Shown here: one piece after another, positions 8,499-18,080 of the stretch
Position numbering within the stretch: the stretch's first letter is position 1
How the letters are laid out: the number at the start of each line of letters is the position of its first letter
IMG/VR virus record: IMGVR_UViG_3300046665_000548
Location: 496,001-560,000 of that record
Direction: 5' to 3' (one strand)
Length of the DNA stretch: 64,000 nucleotides
Notes under the pieces: generated by a model
Database searches by the model: none
What the model saw: the letters and a program-made list of their open reading frames with translations, nothing else
Told to the model about the DNA's origin: nothing
Translations under genes and position numbers: made by a program

Positions 8499-10148
8499 AT
8501 GAGCATGTTGCACCACCTTGATACCATCGTAGCAAAAGAGTTCCAGCGCGTAACCGGTCATTCGGTTGCCCGGCTCTCTCGTGCGCGCTTCGAACACGGC
8601 GATTTTCAGTCCAATGCGGCGATGGAAGTCGCGGCTAAGACCGGCCGTCCGGCGTTGGATATTGCTCAAGCAGTTTGCGATGGCCTTAGCCGCTGGACGC
8701 AGATCGGCTCGGCAGAGGTTGCCGCGAATGGGTTCATTAATATCCGCGTCGCGGATCATTATCTTGAGTCATTCGCCCTGCTCAGCCACAAAATCTTTCC
8801 ACGCGAGTCCGGAAAAACGATCATCATCGACTTTGGCGGACCCAATGTGGCAAAGCCATTGCATGTCGGTCATCTACGATCTCTCGTGATCGGGGAGAGC
8901 CTACAGCGCATCTTCCGAGCCTTGGGCGCTAACGTGATCAGCGACGCTCATTTTGGTGACTGGGGTCTCCAGATGGGGATGCTGATTTCCGAAATCGAAC
9001 TCCACGATGGCTCCCTTCCTGCTCAGGCGGAAGAGCTTTTGAAGCTCTATCCTGAGGCCGCAGCGGCATGCGCGGCTGATCCTGATCGAATGAAACTTGC
9101 CCAAGAGGCAACGGCGCGTCTCCAGCATGATGAACCGAATGCGATTCGCATTTGGAAACACGTGACTGCGCTATCAAAGGCCAGCCAGGAACCAGATTTC
9201 AATCGCCTCGGGGTCAAGTTCGATCTTCTGCTGGGCGAGTCCGATGTTGAATGGGCCATCAAACCGATGCTCGCGATTATTGGTGATCGCGCCGAAGAAG
9301 ACGCCGGGGCTTTGGTTGTTCGAGTCAGCGAGCCCGACGATAAGAAAGAGGTCCCACCGTTGCTGCTCGTCAAGAGCGACGGATCGTATCTCTATGGCAC
9401 GACCGATCTCGCAACCATCGTAGAGCGGATGAAGCTCGAACCGGATCGTATTCTGTATGTGGTCGATCAACGCCAAAACCTACATTTCGAACAAGTCTTT
9501 CGTGCTGCTCGTAAATTTGGCTTCACCACGAAGCACGATGGCAGCACGACTGACCTCGTGCATATCGGTTTTGGCACGGTAAACGATAAGAGCGGGAAGG
9601 CGTACAAGACCCGCGAAGGCGGAGTAGCTTTGCTGTCGGACCTTCTAGATCAGTCGGTCGCGAAAGCCGCCGAACGCGCGCCAACTCCCGCAGCGGCCGA
9701 GAAAATCGGCGTGGGGGCGGTCAAGTATGCGGACCTGAATACGTGGCGAATTTCCGGATACAAGTTCGATCTTGACCGCATGCTCTCGTTCGAGGGTAAG
9801 ACCGGTCCGTACGTCCAGTATGCCTGCGTTCGGCTGCGCGCGATCTTCGAAAAGACGACGATCCCCACAGACTGGCGATTTCGCATCACTGCGCCGGAAG
9901 AACGCGCGCTGCTCGTCGCGTGTCTGGATTTCCAGACCAGGGTGGAAACGGCGGCAGATCGTTATGCGCCGAATGAAATCGCGGAATACGCATTCAATCT
10001 CGCGCAAGAGTTCAGCCGGTTCTATACGAATTGTCCGGTCCTCGGCTCTCCAGAGGAACGGTCTCGTTTGTGCCTCTGCGCGCTGACGTTCAAAATATTG
10101 AGCCAGTGTCTATACCTACTTGGAATTGACGTTCCAGAGAGGATGTAG
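8499..10148 (+). CDS. argS: Arginine--tRNA ligase
   Basis: HGDFQSNAAM, DFGGPNVAKPLHVGHLRS (HIGH), HFGDWGLQMG, KSDGSYLY.TTDL, FEGKTGPYVQYA, DALR-like C-terminus. Confidence 0.96.
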   Translation: MSMLHHLDTIVAKEFQRVTGHSVARLSRARFEHGDFQSNAAMEVAAKTGRPALDIAQAVCDGLSRWTQIGSAEVAANGFINIRVADHYLESFALLSHKIFPRESGKTIIIDFGGPNVAKPLHVGHLRSLVIGESLQRIFRALGANVISDAHFGDWGLQMGMLISEIELHDGSLPAQAEELLKLYPEAAAACAADPDRMKLAQEATARLQHDEPNAIRIWKHVTALSKASQEPDFNRLGVKFDLLLGESDVEWAIKPMLAIIGDRAEEDAGALVVRVSEPDDKKEVPPLLLVKSDGSYLYGTTDLATIVERMKLEPDRILYVVDQRQNLHFEQVFRAARKFGFTTKHDGSTTDLVHIGFGTVNDKSGKAYKTREGGVALLSDLLDQSVAKAAERAPTPAAAEKIGVGAVKYADLNTWRISGYKFDLDRMLSFEGKTGPYVQYACVRLRAIFEKTTIPTDWRFRITAPEERALLVACLDFQTRVETAADRYAPNEIAEYAFNLAQEFSRFYTNCPVLGSPEERSRLCLCALTFKILSQCLYLLGIDVPERM

Positions 10149-10151
10149 ACC

Positions 10152-10430
10152 GTGATCACTGGCTTGGATGTAGTGTTGGCGATGTTCGTGTTAGTGTTGC
10201 TGGTCGTGTGCCCGTTCTTTGTATTGTTGTACTACCAAGGACGCGCACGACCGGGTAGCAACTTCATGAACCCTCTCTTGCCGGGCGTGGTAGTGATCAA
10301 CTGTCTATTGCTGCTGTACGTGATCTTCTACGACGTACCGAAATGGGTTCTGGTGACAGTTGTTTCTCTGTACTTACTTGCGTCGGCCTTACGATTAGTC
10401 CGTTATATGATGGTGAACTATGACAAATAA
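10152..10430 (+). CDS. Membrane protein
   Basis: 92 aa, three hydrophobic segments. Confidence 0.65.
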   Translation: MITGLDVVLAMFVLVLLVVCPFFVLLYYQGRARPGSNFMNPLLPGVVVINCLLLLYVIFYDVPKWVLVTVVSLYLLASALRLVRYMMVNYDK

Positions 10431-10614
10431 CGAAGCCGTATTAGAAGCCATTGACAATGAATGGCCTTTCTCTTGGATTTCCAAGGAGATGCAGTTCGTT
10501 CACTCAGCCGTGCATATCGAGCGAGACCTGTCCCGCCTGAAAAGCGATGGCGAACGGCTGCACGATATCTACGACGGCAACGGCCGAATGCGGTCTAACG
10601 GCGGCTTTTGCTAA
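10420..10614 (+). CDS. Hypothetical protein
   Basis: 64 aa ORF overlapping the previous gene. Confidence 0.55.
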   Translation: MTNNEAVLEAIDNEWPFSWISKEMQFVHSAVHIERDLSRLKSDGERLHDIYDGNGRMRSNGGFC

Positions 10615-10690
10615 TTTTTTACCTGCTCGGATTGTAATTACTGAGCAGATGTAAGATAAACCACAGATTCTTGAAGGGACCGGAAAGCAA

Positions 10691-12745
10691 ATGACGACAT
10701 CGCTTGATTTCAACAAACTAAAGCACGCAGTGACGCAGCAGTTCGCAAATATTTCGCGAAGCGATCTCTTCTGCGTCGAGATCGACCGTGACGAAATCTG
10801 GCAGACTTACCTGAATGCTTTCCCGGCCGGAACGAATCCGATCTTTCGGGAGCGCACCGAGCATGACTGTTCGTGCTGTCGTTCTTTCATCCGCACCATC
10901 GGCGGCGCGGTCACTATCGATGACAAGGGCAAAGTTGTTTCGCTTTGGGACTTTGTTGTCGATGATCCGGCTTATGCCGCCGTGGCCAAGGTCATGTCGG
11001 AATACGTTCACACCAAGGCCATCGATAACCAGTTCATCCATTTCGAGTCCAAGGTCGGAACGGATCAGAACCGCGAACAGACCGAGGATGGCACGATCAT
11101 CACGTGGAAGCATTTCTACGTTGATCTTCCGCGCCGCAATTCCGGTGTGCCGTTCTTCATGGACAACAAGGCTATTGGCACCAAGCTGGGTGAGATTCGT
11201 GGAAATCACGATGTGTTTCTGCGCGGCGTGGTCGAACTGACTGTCGATGCCGTAGAGACGGTAGTCGATATCATCAAACAGGGCTCGCTCTATCGCGGCA
11301 ATGAATACGCCGAAGGTGTCCAAGATTTCTTGAAGCTGAAGAGGCAATTCGACAAGCTCGCACCGGATCAGCGTGATGGCTGGGTATGGGCGAACGCGAA
11401 CAAGAAAGGCGCTCGCATCCGCAACACCGCTATCGGCACGTTGCTGATCGACCTGTCTGACGGTAAGGACCTCGAAGAGGCCGTGCGCAAGTTCGAAACG
11501 TCGATCATGGCACCGACGAGTTTCAAGCGGCCCACCGCGCTGGTCTCTCCCAAGATGGTTGAGGCGGCGAAGGATCAGGTCGAGAAGCTTGGCCTAACCT
11601 CGGCGTTGAGCCGTCGCTATGCATCGCTGACCGACATCAGCGTGAAAGATATCATTTTCGCGGATCGTTCGGCCAGCAAGGCGATGAAGGACGGCGATCC
11701 GTTCGCGGATATTGCGACAAAGGCGAGCACGCCAAAAGACCTGGGCAAGATCGAAGAAATGCCCATCGAGAAATTCATCAAGGATGTCGTGCCGAATATC
11801 AATTCGCTCGAAATCATGGTTGAAAACAAGCATACGCCGAACTTCGTCAGCTTGATTGCTCCTGTCGATCAGGATGCAGGCAGACTGTTCAAGTGGGGCA
11901 ACAATTTCTCGTGGTCCTACAATGGCGACATGGCTGACTCGATCAAGGAGCGCGTCAAGCAGGCTGGCGGCAATGTTACCGGCGATCTGTGCTGCCGTCT
12001 GGCGTGGTTCAACTACGACGATCTGGATTTCCATCTGATCGAACCGGGTGCGCCTCGTCACAGCAAGTACGAAATCTACTTTCGTACTCGTGGCTCTGCC
12101 TCTCCGGGCGGCGGTCGGCTGGATGTTGACATGAACGCTGGCGGCGGTTCTTCGCGTACTCCGGTGGAGAACATCTTCTACGCCACTCGACGCACGATGA
12201 AGGAAGGGGAATACGAACTCTCCGTCAATCAGTTCGCGCGACGAGAGAGCAAGGACATTGGTTTCGAGGTCGAAATCGATTTCCTCGGGGACGTACAGCG
12301 GTTCGTTTACGATAAGGCGGTCAGTGGCCGCATTACCGTCGCGAAGTTCAAGTATACGCACGCCAACGGGATTGAAATGATTCAATCATTGCAGTCCACC
12401 CAGGCGTCGCGTGAAATCTGGGGCGTCAAAACACAAGCCTTCCAGAAGGTTAACGTCTTGATGCGCTCGCCAAACCATTGGGATGGCGAGAAGGTTGGCA
12501 ATCAGCATTACTTTTTCATGCTTGACGATTGCCAAAACGAAGGTCAGGCTCGCGGATTCTTCAATGAATTCTTGAAGGATGACCTTGAAAAGCATCGCAA
12601 GGTGCTAGAGATCGTCGGCTCCAAAATGAAGACTGAGGAGACGCCGAACCAACTGTCCGGGCTAGGATTCTCGGATACTAAGCGGGCCGAGATCATTGCT
12701 CGGGTCAAAGGCAACTTTACACGCACCATCAAGGTGATGGTGTAA
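10691..12745 (+). CDS. Large conserved-type phage hypothetical protein
   Basis: 684 aa; HDCSCCRSFIR Cys cluster, LAWFNYDDLDFH and LDVDMNAGG motifs. Confidence 0.85.
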   Translation: MTTSLDFNKLKHAVTQQFANISRSDLFCVEIDRDEIWQTYLNAFPAGTNPIFRERTEHDCSCCRSFIRTIGGAVTIDDKGKVVSLWDFVVDDPAYAAVAKVMSEYVHTKAIDNQFIHFESKVGTDQNREQTEDGTIITWKHFYVDLPRRNSGVPFFMDNKAIGTKLGEIRGNHDVFLRGVVELTVDAVETVVDIIKQGSLYRGNEYAEGVQDFLKLKRQFDKLAPDQRDGWVWANANKKGARIRNTAIGTLLIDLSDGKDLEEAVRKFETSIMAPTSFKRPTALVSPKMVEAAKDQVEKLGLTSALSRRYASLTDISVKDIIFADRSASKAMKDGDPFADIATKASTPKDLGKIEEMPIEKFIKDVVPNINSLEIMVENKHTPNFVSLIAPVDQDAGRLFKWGNNFSWSYNGDMADSIKERVKQAGGNVTGDLCCRLAWFNYDDLDFHLIEPGAPRHSKYEIYFRTRGSASPGGGRLDVDMNAGGGSSRTPVENIFYATRRTMKEGEYELSVNQFARRESKDIGFEVEIDFLGDVQRFVYDKAVSGRITVAKFKYTHANGIEMIQSLQSTQASREIWGVKTQAFQKVNVLMRSPNHWDGEKVGNQHYFFMLDDCQNEGQARGFFNEFLKDDLEKHRKVLEIVGSKMKTEETPNQLSGLGFSDTKRAEIIARVKGNFTRTIKVMV

Positions 12746-12769
12746 CGGTCAACAGAGAAGGAGAAGATA

Positions 12770-13192
12770 ATGTCGGACAACATGTTTTTGCAGGCGGTAC
12801 GTAAGAAGCTTCGCTGGGATTCCGCAAAGGGCTACCTGACAGCGGAAGACCTCTTCGATCTGCCGCTTCGGTCAACTGTCGGCGGACCGAATCTCGATAA
12901 CATTGCAATCGCGCTCGACAAGAAGATCAAGGAAGGCGCTGGCCGCTCGTTCGTGGACGACACCAAGTCCGGCGATGCGACGTTGCAACTCAAGTTCGAT
13001 ATCGTGATGTTCGTCATCAACGAGAAGAAGGCCGAGAACAAGCGCCGCGAAGAAGCGACCGCGAAGGCGGCTCGCAACCAGCGCATTCTCCAGATCATGT
13101 CGGAGAAGCAGGACGATTCGCTCAAGGCAAAGACGCTGGACGAACTCCAGAAGCTCCTGGACGAAGACGGCAAGTCCGTCGAAGCGGCCTAA
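12770..13192 (+). CDS. Hypothetical helical protein, partner of 10691-12745
   Basis: 140 aa with GAAGGAG SD; EDLFDLPL motif and coiled-coil C-terminus. Confidence 0.85.
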   Translation: MSDNMFLQAVRKKLRWDSAKGYLTAEDLFDLPLRSTVGGPNLDNIAIALDKKIKEGAGRSFVDDTKSGDATLQLKFDIVMFVINEKKAENKRREEATAKAARNQRILQIMSEKQDDSLKAKTLDELQKLLDEDGKSVEAA

Positions 13193-13199
13193 TCAACCT

Positions 13200-13233
13200 T
13201 ACAGCCGGGCGTTACGCCCGGCTGTAGCCTTTT
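13200..13233 (+). terminator. Intrinsic terminator
   Basis: 12-bp stem TACAGCCGGGCG/CGCCCGGCTGTA followed by GCCTTTT. Confidence 0.75.
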
Positions 13234-13425
13234 GGGGATAATCTGATGTCAGTGACGAGAGCATGTGTTTTTGCCGCCCCTTGGGCAGCGGTGGCCGTTA
13301 CGGCCTGCGTTAGCCCTGGCGCAGCGATCTTTATCGCTGGCGCAGCAGTAGTAGCTAACGGAATCGTTGCTTTGATCGAGATGTAAAGCTTACGCCTGAC
13401 GGCCTTTACTCTATATACCCAAATG

Positions 13426-13453
13426 AATAGAGGGCCATTTTAGGCCCTCTATT
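13426..13453. terminator. Bidirectional terminator-like hairpin
   Basis: AATAGAGGGCC/GGCCCTCTATT between convergent genes. Confidence 0.65.
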
Positions 13454-13469
13454 GGTATTTGATCAAGGA

Positions 13470-13610
13470 TTAGTCTTTCTTAACCAGGGTGCTCAAGAAG
13501 GGGACCTTCGAGAAGAGCCAATTGCGGAAATCCACTACGAACTGCGGGGCAGGAAGAATGAACCAAGCAACGAACGCACCAATAAACATATAGAGTAGAG
13601 CAGAAAACAT
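13470..13610 (-). CDS. Small membrane protein (46 aa, not in ORF track)
   Basis: Manual translation MFSALLYMFIGAFVAWFILPAPQFVVDFRNWLFSKVPFLSTLVKKD. Confidence 0.6.
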   Translation of the reverse strand: MFSALLYMFIGAFVAWFILPAPQFVVDFRNWLFSKVPFLSTLVKKD

Positions 13611-13613
13611 AAG

Positions 13614-14441
13614 TTATCTCCAATTAGGTGACTGAATATTTAGCCCTGCGATTACTTGCTCAGCGACATTTGCGGCAGTTTTCACGCCGTAGTGAACCTC
13701 GTCGCGAGCAAAATCCAGGAATGGGTAGGCGGATTCGGCACGGAGGTAATTGTCATCTCTAAGAAAGGTTTTTCGTGAATTCTCAGTAATTTTTGTCCAA
13801 GCCATGAACCAGTACCACGGCACATTGGCCAAAGCGCAAGTTTGATTGACGAGAGTAAAATTAGCTACAAACTCGTACCAATCATCCGCATCAGTTTCTC
13901 TTTCCCACTCATCCACCCACCATCCGCGATTATGCGTCTTGTTATATTGTGGATACGTGACGCGCCGACTTAGGTCTGTGAAAGAACAAACAACCAAAAG
14001 CGGTTTAGCCTGAGACACAAACTGATACACCAGTCGAGCGATCTCGCGATTTCCTACTCCCGGCGAGCCGAGGTTCCAATACGCTAACTTTTCGCCGGTT
14101 GTTTGTTCGATATGCTTGTGAACGATATGCGCCCAAGTCTGCTCGACCGGAATACCAATACCAGCCACCGTCGAGCATCCAACATAGATTACGCATTTCT
14201 CATCAAAAGCGAACGGGTCGCTGCGAAATCCATGATGATTGAAGGCGTACGAAACACTATCTTCCCCCAAGGCAGGTTTTTTCTGCTCACGGAAGCGCTC
14301 TTCGCTATCGGTACTAAACCACGTTTGGGTTCTGGCTCTGAAATTTGACCATCCAGGTCCTCTCGGAATGGTTTTAGTCCAGAGCCAGTTCCCATGGGTA
14401 GGAGGTACCTCTGGTACCCACTCTACCTTCTTCTTTACCAT
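13614..14441 (-). CDS. SGNH/GDSL-like hydrolase-fold protein
   Basis: YAFNHHGFRSD, YVGCSTVAGIG, NLGSPGVGN, ARDEVHYG (DxxH). Confidence 0.65.
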   Translation of the reverse strand: MVKKKVEWVPEVPPTHGNWLWTKTIPRGPGWSNFRARTQTWFSTDSEERFREQKKPALGEDSVSYAFNHHGFRSDPFAFDEKCVIYVGCSTVAGIGIPVEQTWAHIVHKHIEQTTGEKLAYWNLGSPGVGNREIARLVYQFVSQAKPLLVVCSFTDLSRRVTYPQYNKTHNRGWWVDEWERETDADDWYEFVANFTLVNQTCALANVPWYWFMAWTKITENSRKTFLRDDNYLRAESAYPFLDFARDEVHYGVKTAANVAEQVIAGLNIQSPNWR

Positions 14442-14788
14442 TTCTTACCACCAGCAGCTAGTCGCGCTGCTGGTTTATGATCGGCGCGAACCTTGTTGTA
14501 AGCGCGCTTCTCAGCGACTGCTCCATCAAGGTCATAACCGTATGCTCCGGCGTAATCAAAGATTCGAATCAGCGCATCCGCCAACTCGACCTCTGCCATC
14601 TTTCGATGGGGAAGCTTATCGTCCATCAAGCCTTTGCGCTCGCCTTCCATAGCCTCAGAAATTTCCGAGACCATCAGCATGAGCATTTCGCCTTTGTTGC
14701 GCTCCAGCTTCTCGCCAGTTGCGGGATCGTGCCACCAATGCTGGTTGTCTGCGTGGCAATCTTGTGCCAGCTTATTGAGACCAGTCAT
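14435..14788 (-). CDS. MazG-like nucleotide pyrophosphohydrolase
   Basis: LMVSEISEAMEG...EVELADALIRIFD; all-alpha NTP-PPase motif. Confidence 0.85.
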   Translation of the reverse strand: MTGLNKLAQDCHADNQHWWHDPATGEKLERNKGEMLMLMVSEISEAMEGERKGLMDDKLPHRKMAEVELADALIRIFDYAGAYGYDLDGAVAEKRAYNKVRADHKPAARLAAGGKKW

Positions 14789-15021
14789 CAGGTATCCTGA
14801 CGAGAAAGGTTCTTCTTGTGACGAGCTACAGCCTCGGCGTGCTTACGACGGCGGACAGTGCTCGGCTTCTCGTAGAACTGGCGAGCACGAATCTCACGAA
14901 TGAGACCTTCCTGCTTCACCTTGCGTCCGAGAATTCGGATAGCGCCTTCAACGTTGTTGTTACGAACCTCAACAGAGAGGCCACGCTTGTTTTCGAAGGC
15001 ACCGTTCTTATGATTAGACAT
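14788..15021 (-). CDS. rpsU: Ribosomal protein bS21
   Basis: VEVRNNNVEGAIRILGRKVKQEGLIREIRARQFYEKPSTVRRRK; probable start at the second Met (15021). Confidence 0.9.
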   Translation of the reverse strand: MSNHKNGAFENKRGLSVEVRNNNVEGAIRILGRKVKQEGLIREIRARQFYEKPSTVRRRKHAEAVARHKKNLSRQDT

Positions 15022-15105
15022 TAAACCAATAAACTCCAGTATAGGTCTTGACAAGACAATAATTTAGTACAACACCGGTCGCAATATATTTCGATAATAC
15101 TGTGC

Positions 15106-16356
15106 TTAAACTGCTGCTACTATCACTGGAGCGTATTCAAACGACGGCTGAGCGCCAGATTTGACTACATCTTCCGTGATCAGAACACGAATGACGCCAC
15201 CCTTTTGCAGGTCTGGTAATTCATACTTGAGCTTCAACAGTGCCGATTCAACAACCGCGCGCAGGCCACGAGCGCCAGTCTTGCGATTCTTCGCTTCTTT
15301 AGCGATAGCTCGCAACGCATCTGTATCGAACGTCAGTTCGACGCCATCCATCTTGAACATCTTCTCGAACTGACGAGTGACGGCGTTCTTAGGCTCGGTC
15401 AAAACCTGAATCAATTGCTCATCTGTGAGTTCGATAAGAGGAGCAATGATCGGCAAGCGACCGACCAACTCCGGGATCAACCCGAACTTCTGGAGATGTT
15501 CTGGCTCGATCCTACGCATCAGCGTCTCGGCATCCGGCTTCTTGCCGACCGACTTGGCACCGAAACCAATGCCACTGCCTTCCTTGCTAATTTCTTTTTC
15601 TACGATCTTGTCGAGGCCAACGAAGGCTCCGCCGCAGATGAAAAGGATGTTCTTCGTATTCACCCTCACCAAGTCGCCATTGGGACCCTTCTTGCCGTTC
15701 GTAGGCACCATGATCTCAGAACCTTCCAGGAGCTTCAAGAGGCCCTGCTGGACGCCCTCTCCTGATACGTCACGCGAGGAGGATTCGCTTCGGCGGGCTT
15801 TCTTGTCGATTTCATCGAGATAGATGATACCGCGTTCAGCCTTCTTAACGTCCCCATCGGCAGAATGTAGAAGTCTCGTAATGATGCTTTCCACATCGTC
15901 ACCGACATAACCGGCTTCCGTCAGCGATGTGGCGTCGGCAATCGCGAATGGAACATCGAGATGTCGAGCAATGGATTGAGCAATAAGCGTCTTTCCACAG
16001 CCTGTTGGACCGAGGAGGAGAATGTTGGACTTGTCGATCTCAACTTCATCATCTTTCGCATGGTCAAGGCGCTTGTAATGATCGTAGACAGCCACAGCCA
16101 CCGCGATCTTTGCCTCGTCCTGGCCTATGACGTATTTGTCTAGGTGCTCTTTAATGGTTTTCGGTGTTACTTTTGCTGGTACATCAACGGCAGACTTAGC
16201 CGCAGTTTCAGGTTTTTCTGCCGAGTAAAGAATACTATGGCACAGATCAATGCACTCATCACAAATATAGACCTCTGGTCCTTTGATGAGTTTTTTAACA
16301 TCCTTGGCAGATTTCGTGCAGAACGAGCACTGCAAACTCGGATCGACTTCAGTCAT
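15106..16356 (-). CDS. clpX: ATP-dependent Clp protease ATP-binding subunit
   Basis: Zn-finger CSFC...CDEC, GPTGCGKT, DATSLTEAGYVGDDVE, DEIDK, RDVSGEGVQQ, IGF loop, GARGLR. Confidence 0.97.
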   Translation of the reverse strand: MTEVDPSLQCSFCTKSAKDVKKLIKGPEVYICDECIDLCHSILYSAEKPETAAKSAVDVPAKVTPKTIKEHLDKYVIGQDEAKIAVAVAVYDHYKRLDHAKDDEVEIDKSNILLLGPTGCGKTLIAQSIARHLDVPFAIADATSLTEAGYVGDDVESIITRLLHSADGDVKKAERGIIYLDEIDKKARRSESSSRDVSGEGVQQGLLKLLEGSEIMVPTNGKKGPNGDLVRVNTKNILFICGGAFVGLDKIVEKEISKEGSGIGFGAKSVGKKPDAETLMRRIEPEHLQKFGLIPELVGRLPIIAPLIELTDEQLIQVLTEPKNAVTRQFEKMFKMDGVELTFDTDALRAIAKEAKNRKTGARGLRAVVESALLKLKYELPDLQKGGVIRVLITEDVVKSGAQPSFEYAPVIVAAV

Positions 16357-16394
16357 TCAATCAAGTCCCCTTAGGAAGGAAGTGGATAAAGTAT

Positions 16395-17627
16395 TTACTT
16401 TGATCCTCCTCGGACAATTTCACGAGCCCACTCGGTAAAACCAACACGTGGAGTATCAGCGGTCTCGGTTACTGATGCTACCTCAGCTTGGACTGGGATA
16501 TCATTATTCGTTTCTGCTTCGATTTCGGTATTTGCTGGCTCCGCAACTTGATCCACTTCAGTAGCTTCAGCGAGCATCGAAAGGAGTTGAGGGTTCCTTT
16601 CCAGGATTTCAATCAACGTCTCTTTGTCCGACTTAATCTCAATTGGCGTCGCATTAGGCGACTTAATCTCAATCTGCGTCGCATTAGCCGACATAGTAGG
16701 GACCATAACGACCGTCATCTGATTGGCAGCTTCGGTCATTTCAGACTGGCCTTCGGCCTCGATCAGAGACTCCAGGATTGGTTCGATGATGTCTGGAGCC
16801 ACAACAACAGGCGTATCCACCACTGGCGCAGCCGGGGCCGCAGCAGGCAGAATGATCTCTTTAGGGCGGCGTTGAGCGAACCATTCGCTCATCGTTATCG
16901 TACCGGAGAGAATAAGGACTACGGCTAAAGGATCAAAAGCAAACATGATCAGTAGAATGACAAGCTGAACGGCAGTATTTGAATCCGACCATCCGAAAAG
17001 CTTAGCGACATACTTGACCGGACCTAGTTTCGCTCCTACTTCGTTTGCGGCGGTACGTAGGGGAACAAGCTCATCTGTTAGCTTGTTGATTTCTAATGTA
17101 CGAGCAGTGAAGTCCTTCTGAATCTGATCACGTTCTTTTTGCTGTTGTTGGCGGGCACGGAGACCAGCTTGAGCGTCGCGAGTGTTCTTCGAATTGTTCA
17201 GAATAGTATTGATGGATTGATCAAGTTGCTTGAGCTTAACATCAAGGCGTTCTCGCTCTTCGCGCGTCTGTGAAACTCGCTGATCGATTCGCGCGATCTG
17301 GAGTTCTACGCTGGCAAGAGGTGCTTCCTGTTCGAGATGACCTTTGGCCAGGAAACCATAGATTCCCAGGGCGGTTACTATCATCAACACACCAACAGCG
17401 AGACCTAGATAGGTCTTATGGAAAATACCAACGCCGGGATTGTGCCAGTTAAACTTGAGCCAAGTGGCCGCAACAAGTTTACCCGCTTCAAGTGCGCTAC
17501 CCATGATAACGACAGACCAAAACGCTCCAGCAAACAACGCCGCAAGCCCGACCACAGAGAAATATGCTGCTACGGCCGAGATGATAAGAGCGAGCAAGAA
17601 TGTCAGGAGTCCGACAAAAAGCTTCAT
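16395..17627 (-). CDS. Membrane protein with long coiled coil
   Basis: N-terminal TMs (YFSVVGL...LEAGKL), coiled coil, FDPLAV TM, low-complexity tail. Confidence 0.8.
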   Translation of the reverse strand: MKLFVGLLTFLLALIISAVAAYFSVVGLAALFAGAFWSVVIMGSALEAGKLVAATWLKFNWHNPGVGIFHKTYLGLAVGVLMIVTALGIYGFLAKGHLEQEAPLASVELQIARIDQRVSQTREERERLDVKLKQLDQSINTILNNSKNTRDAQAGLRARQQQQKERDQIQKDFTARTLEINKLTDELVPLRTAANEVGAKLGPVKYVAKLFGWSDSNTAVQLVILLIMFAFDPLAVVLILSGTITMSEWFAQRRPKEIILPAAAPAAPVVDTPVVVAPDIIEPILESLIEAEGQSEMTEAANQMTVVMVPTMSANATQIEIKSPNATPIEIKSDKETLIEILERNPQLLSMLAEATEVDQVAEPANTEIEAETNNDIPVQAEVASVTETADTPRVGFTEWAREIVRGGSK

Positions 17628-18070
17628 GTGGTTTTTTCGGATACCAGAGTTAGCTCATGCTCGCGGTCGAGGAACTTATACTCTACTTTGGTTGGCTTGA
17701 ATGGCTCTAGCATGTCAATCACGTCCTGGACGACCAGATCAGAGCACGTGTAAACGTCCAACTGAAGAATAGCCGGTACGCACTCATCCCACGTATGGAT
17801 GCAGATATGAGAAGTCTCGATGATAGCAAACGCGGTCATGCCGCGATTGCCTTCAACTGTACAATATTCAGCACGAGGACCGAACATGCGCTTCATCTCA
17901 ATTCGATTGATTAGAGCCTTCATCCAGGTCGTCATCGATCTACGAGCGATAAAACGGGAGAAAAATCCCTTCGGCATGGGAGGATTAGCGATCTCAGCAC
18001 GTACAATCACGTGCTGATGGCGAACATCAGGCGTCATCGAAAATCCTAAAAATACGAATTTTGAAAGCAA
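17624..18070 (-). CDS. speD: S-adenosylmethionine decarboxylase proenzyme-like
   Basis: GMTAFAIIETSHICIHTWDE...LDVYTCS; pyruvoyl AdoMetDC family motif. Confidence 0.8.
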   Translation of the reverse strand: MLSKFVFLGFSMTPDVRHQHVIVRAEIANPPMPKGFFSRFIARRSMTTWMKALINRIEMKRMFGPRAEYCTVEGNRGMTAFAIIETSHICIHTWDECVPAILQLDVYTCSDLVVQDVIDMLEPFKPTKVEYKFLDREHELTLVSEKTT

Positions 18071-18080
18071 ATATCGAAAA

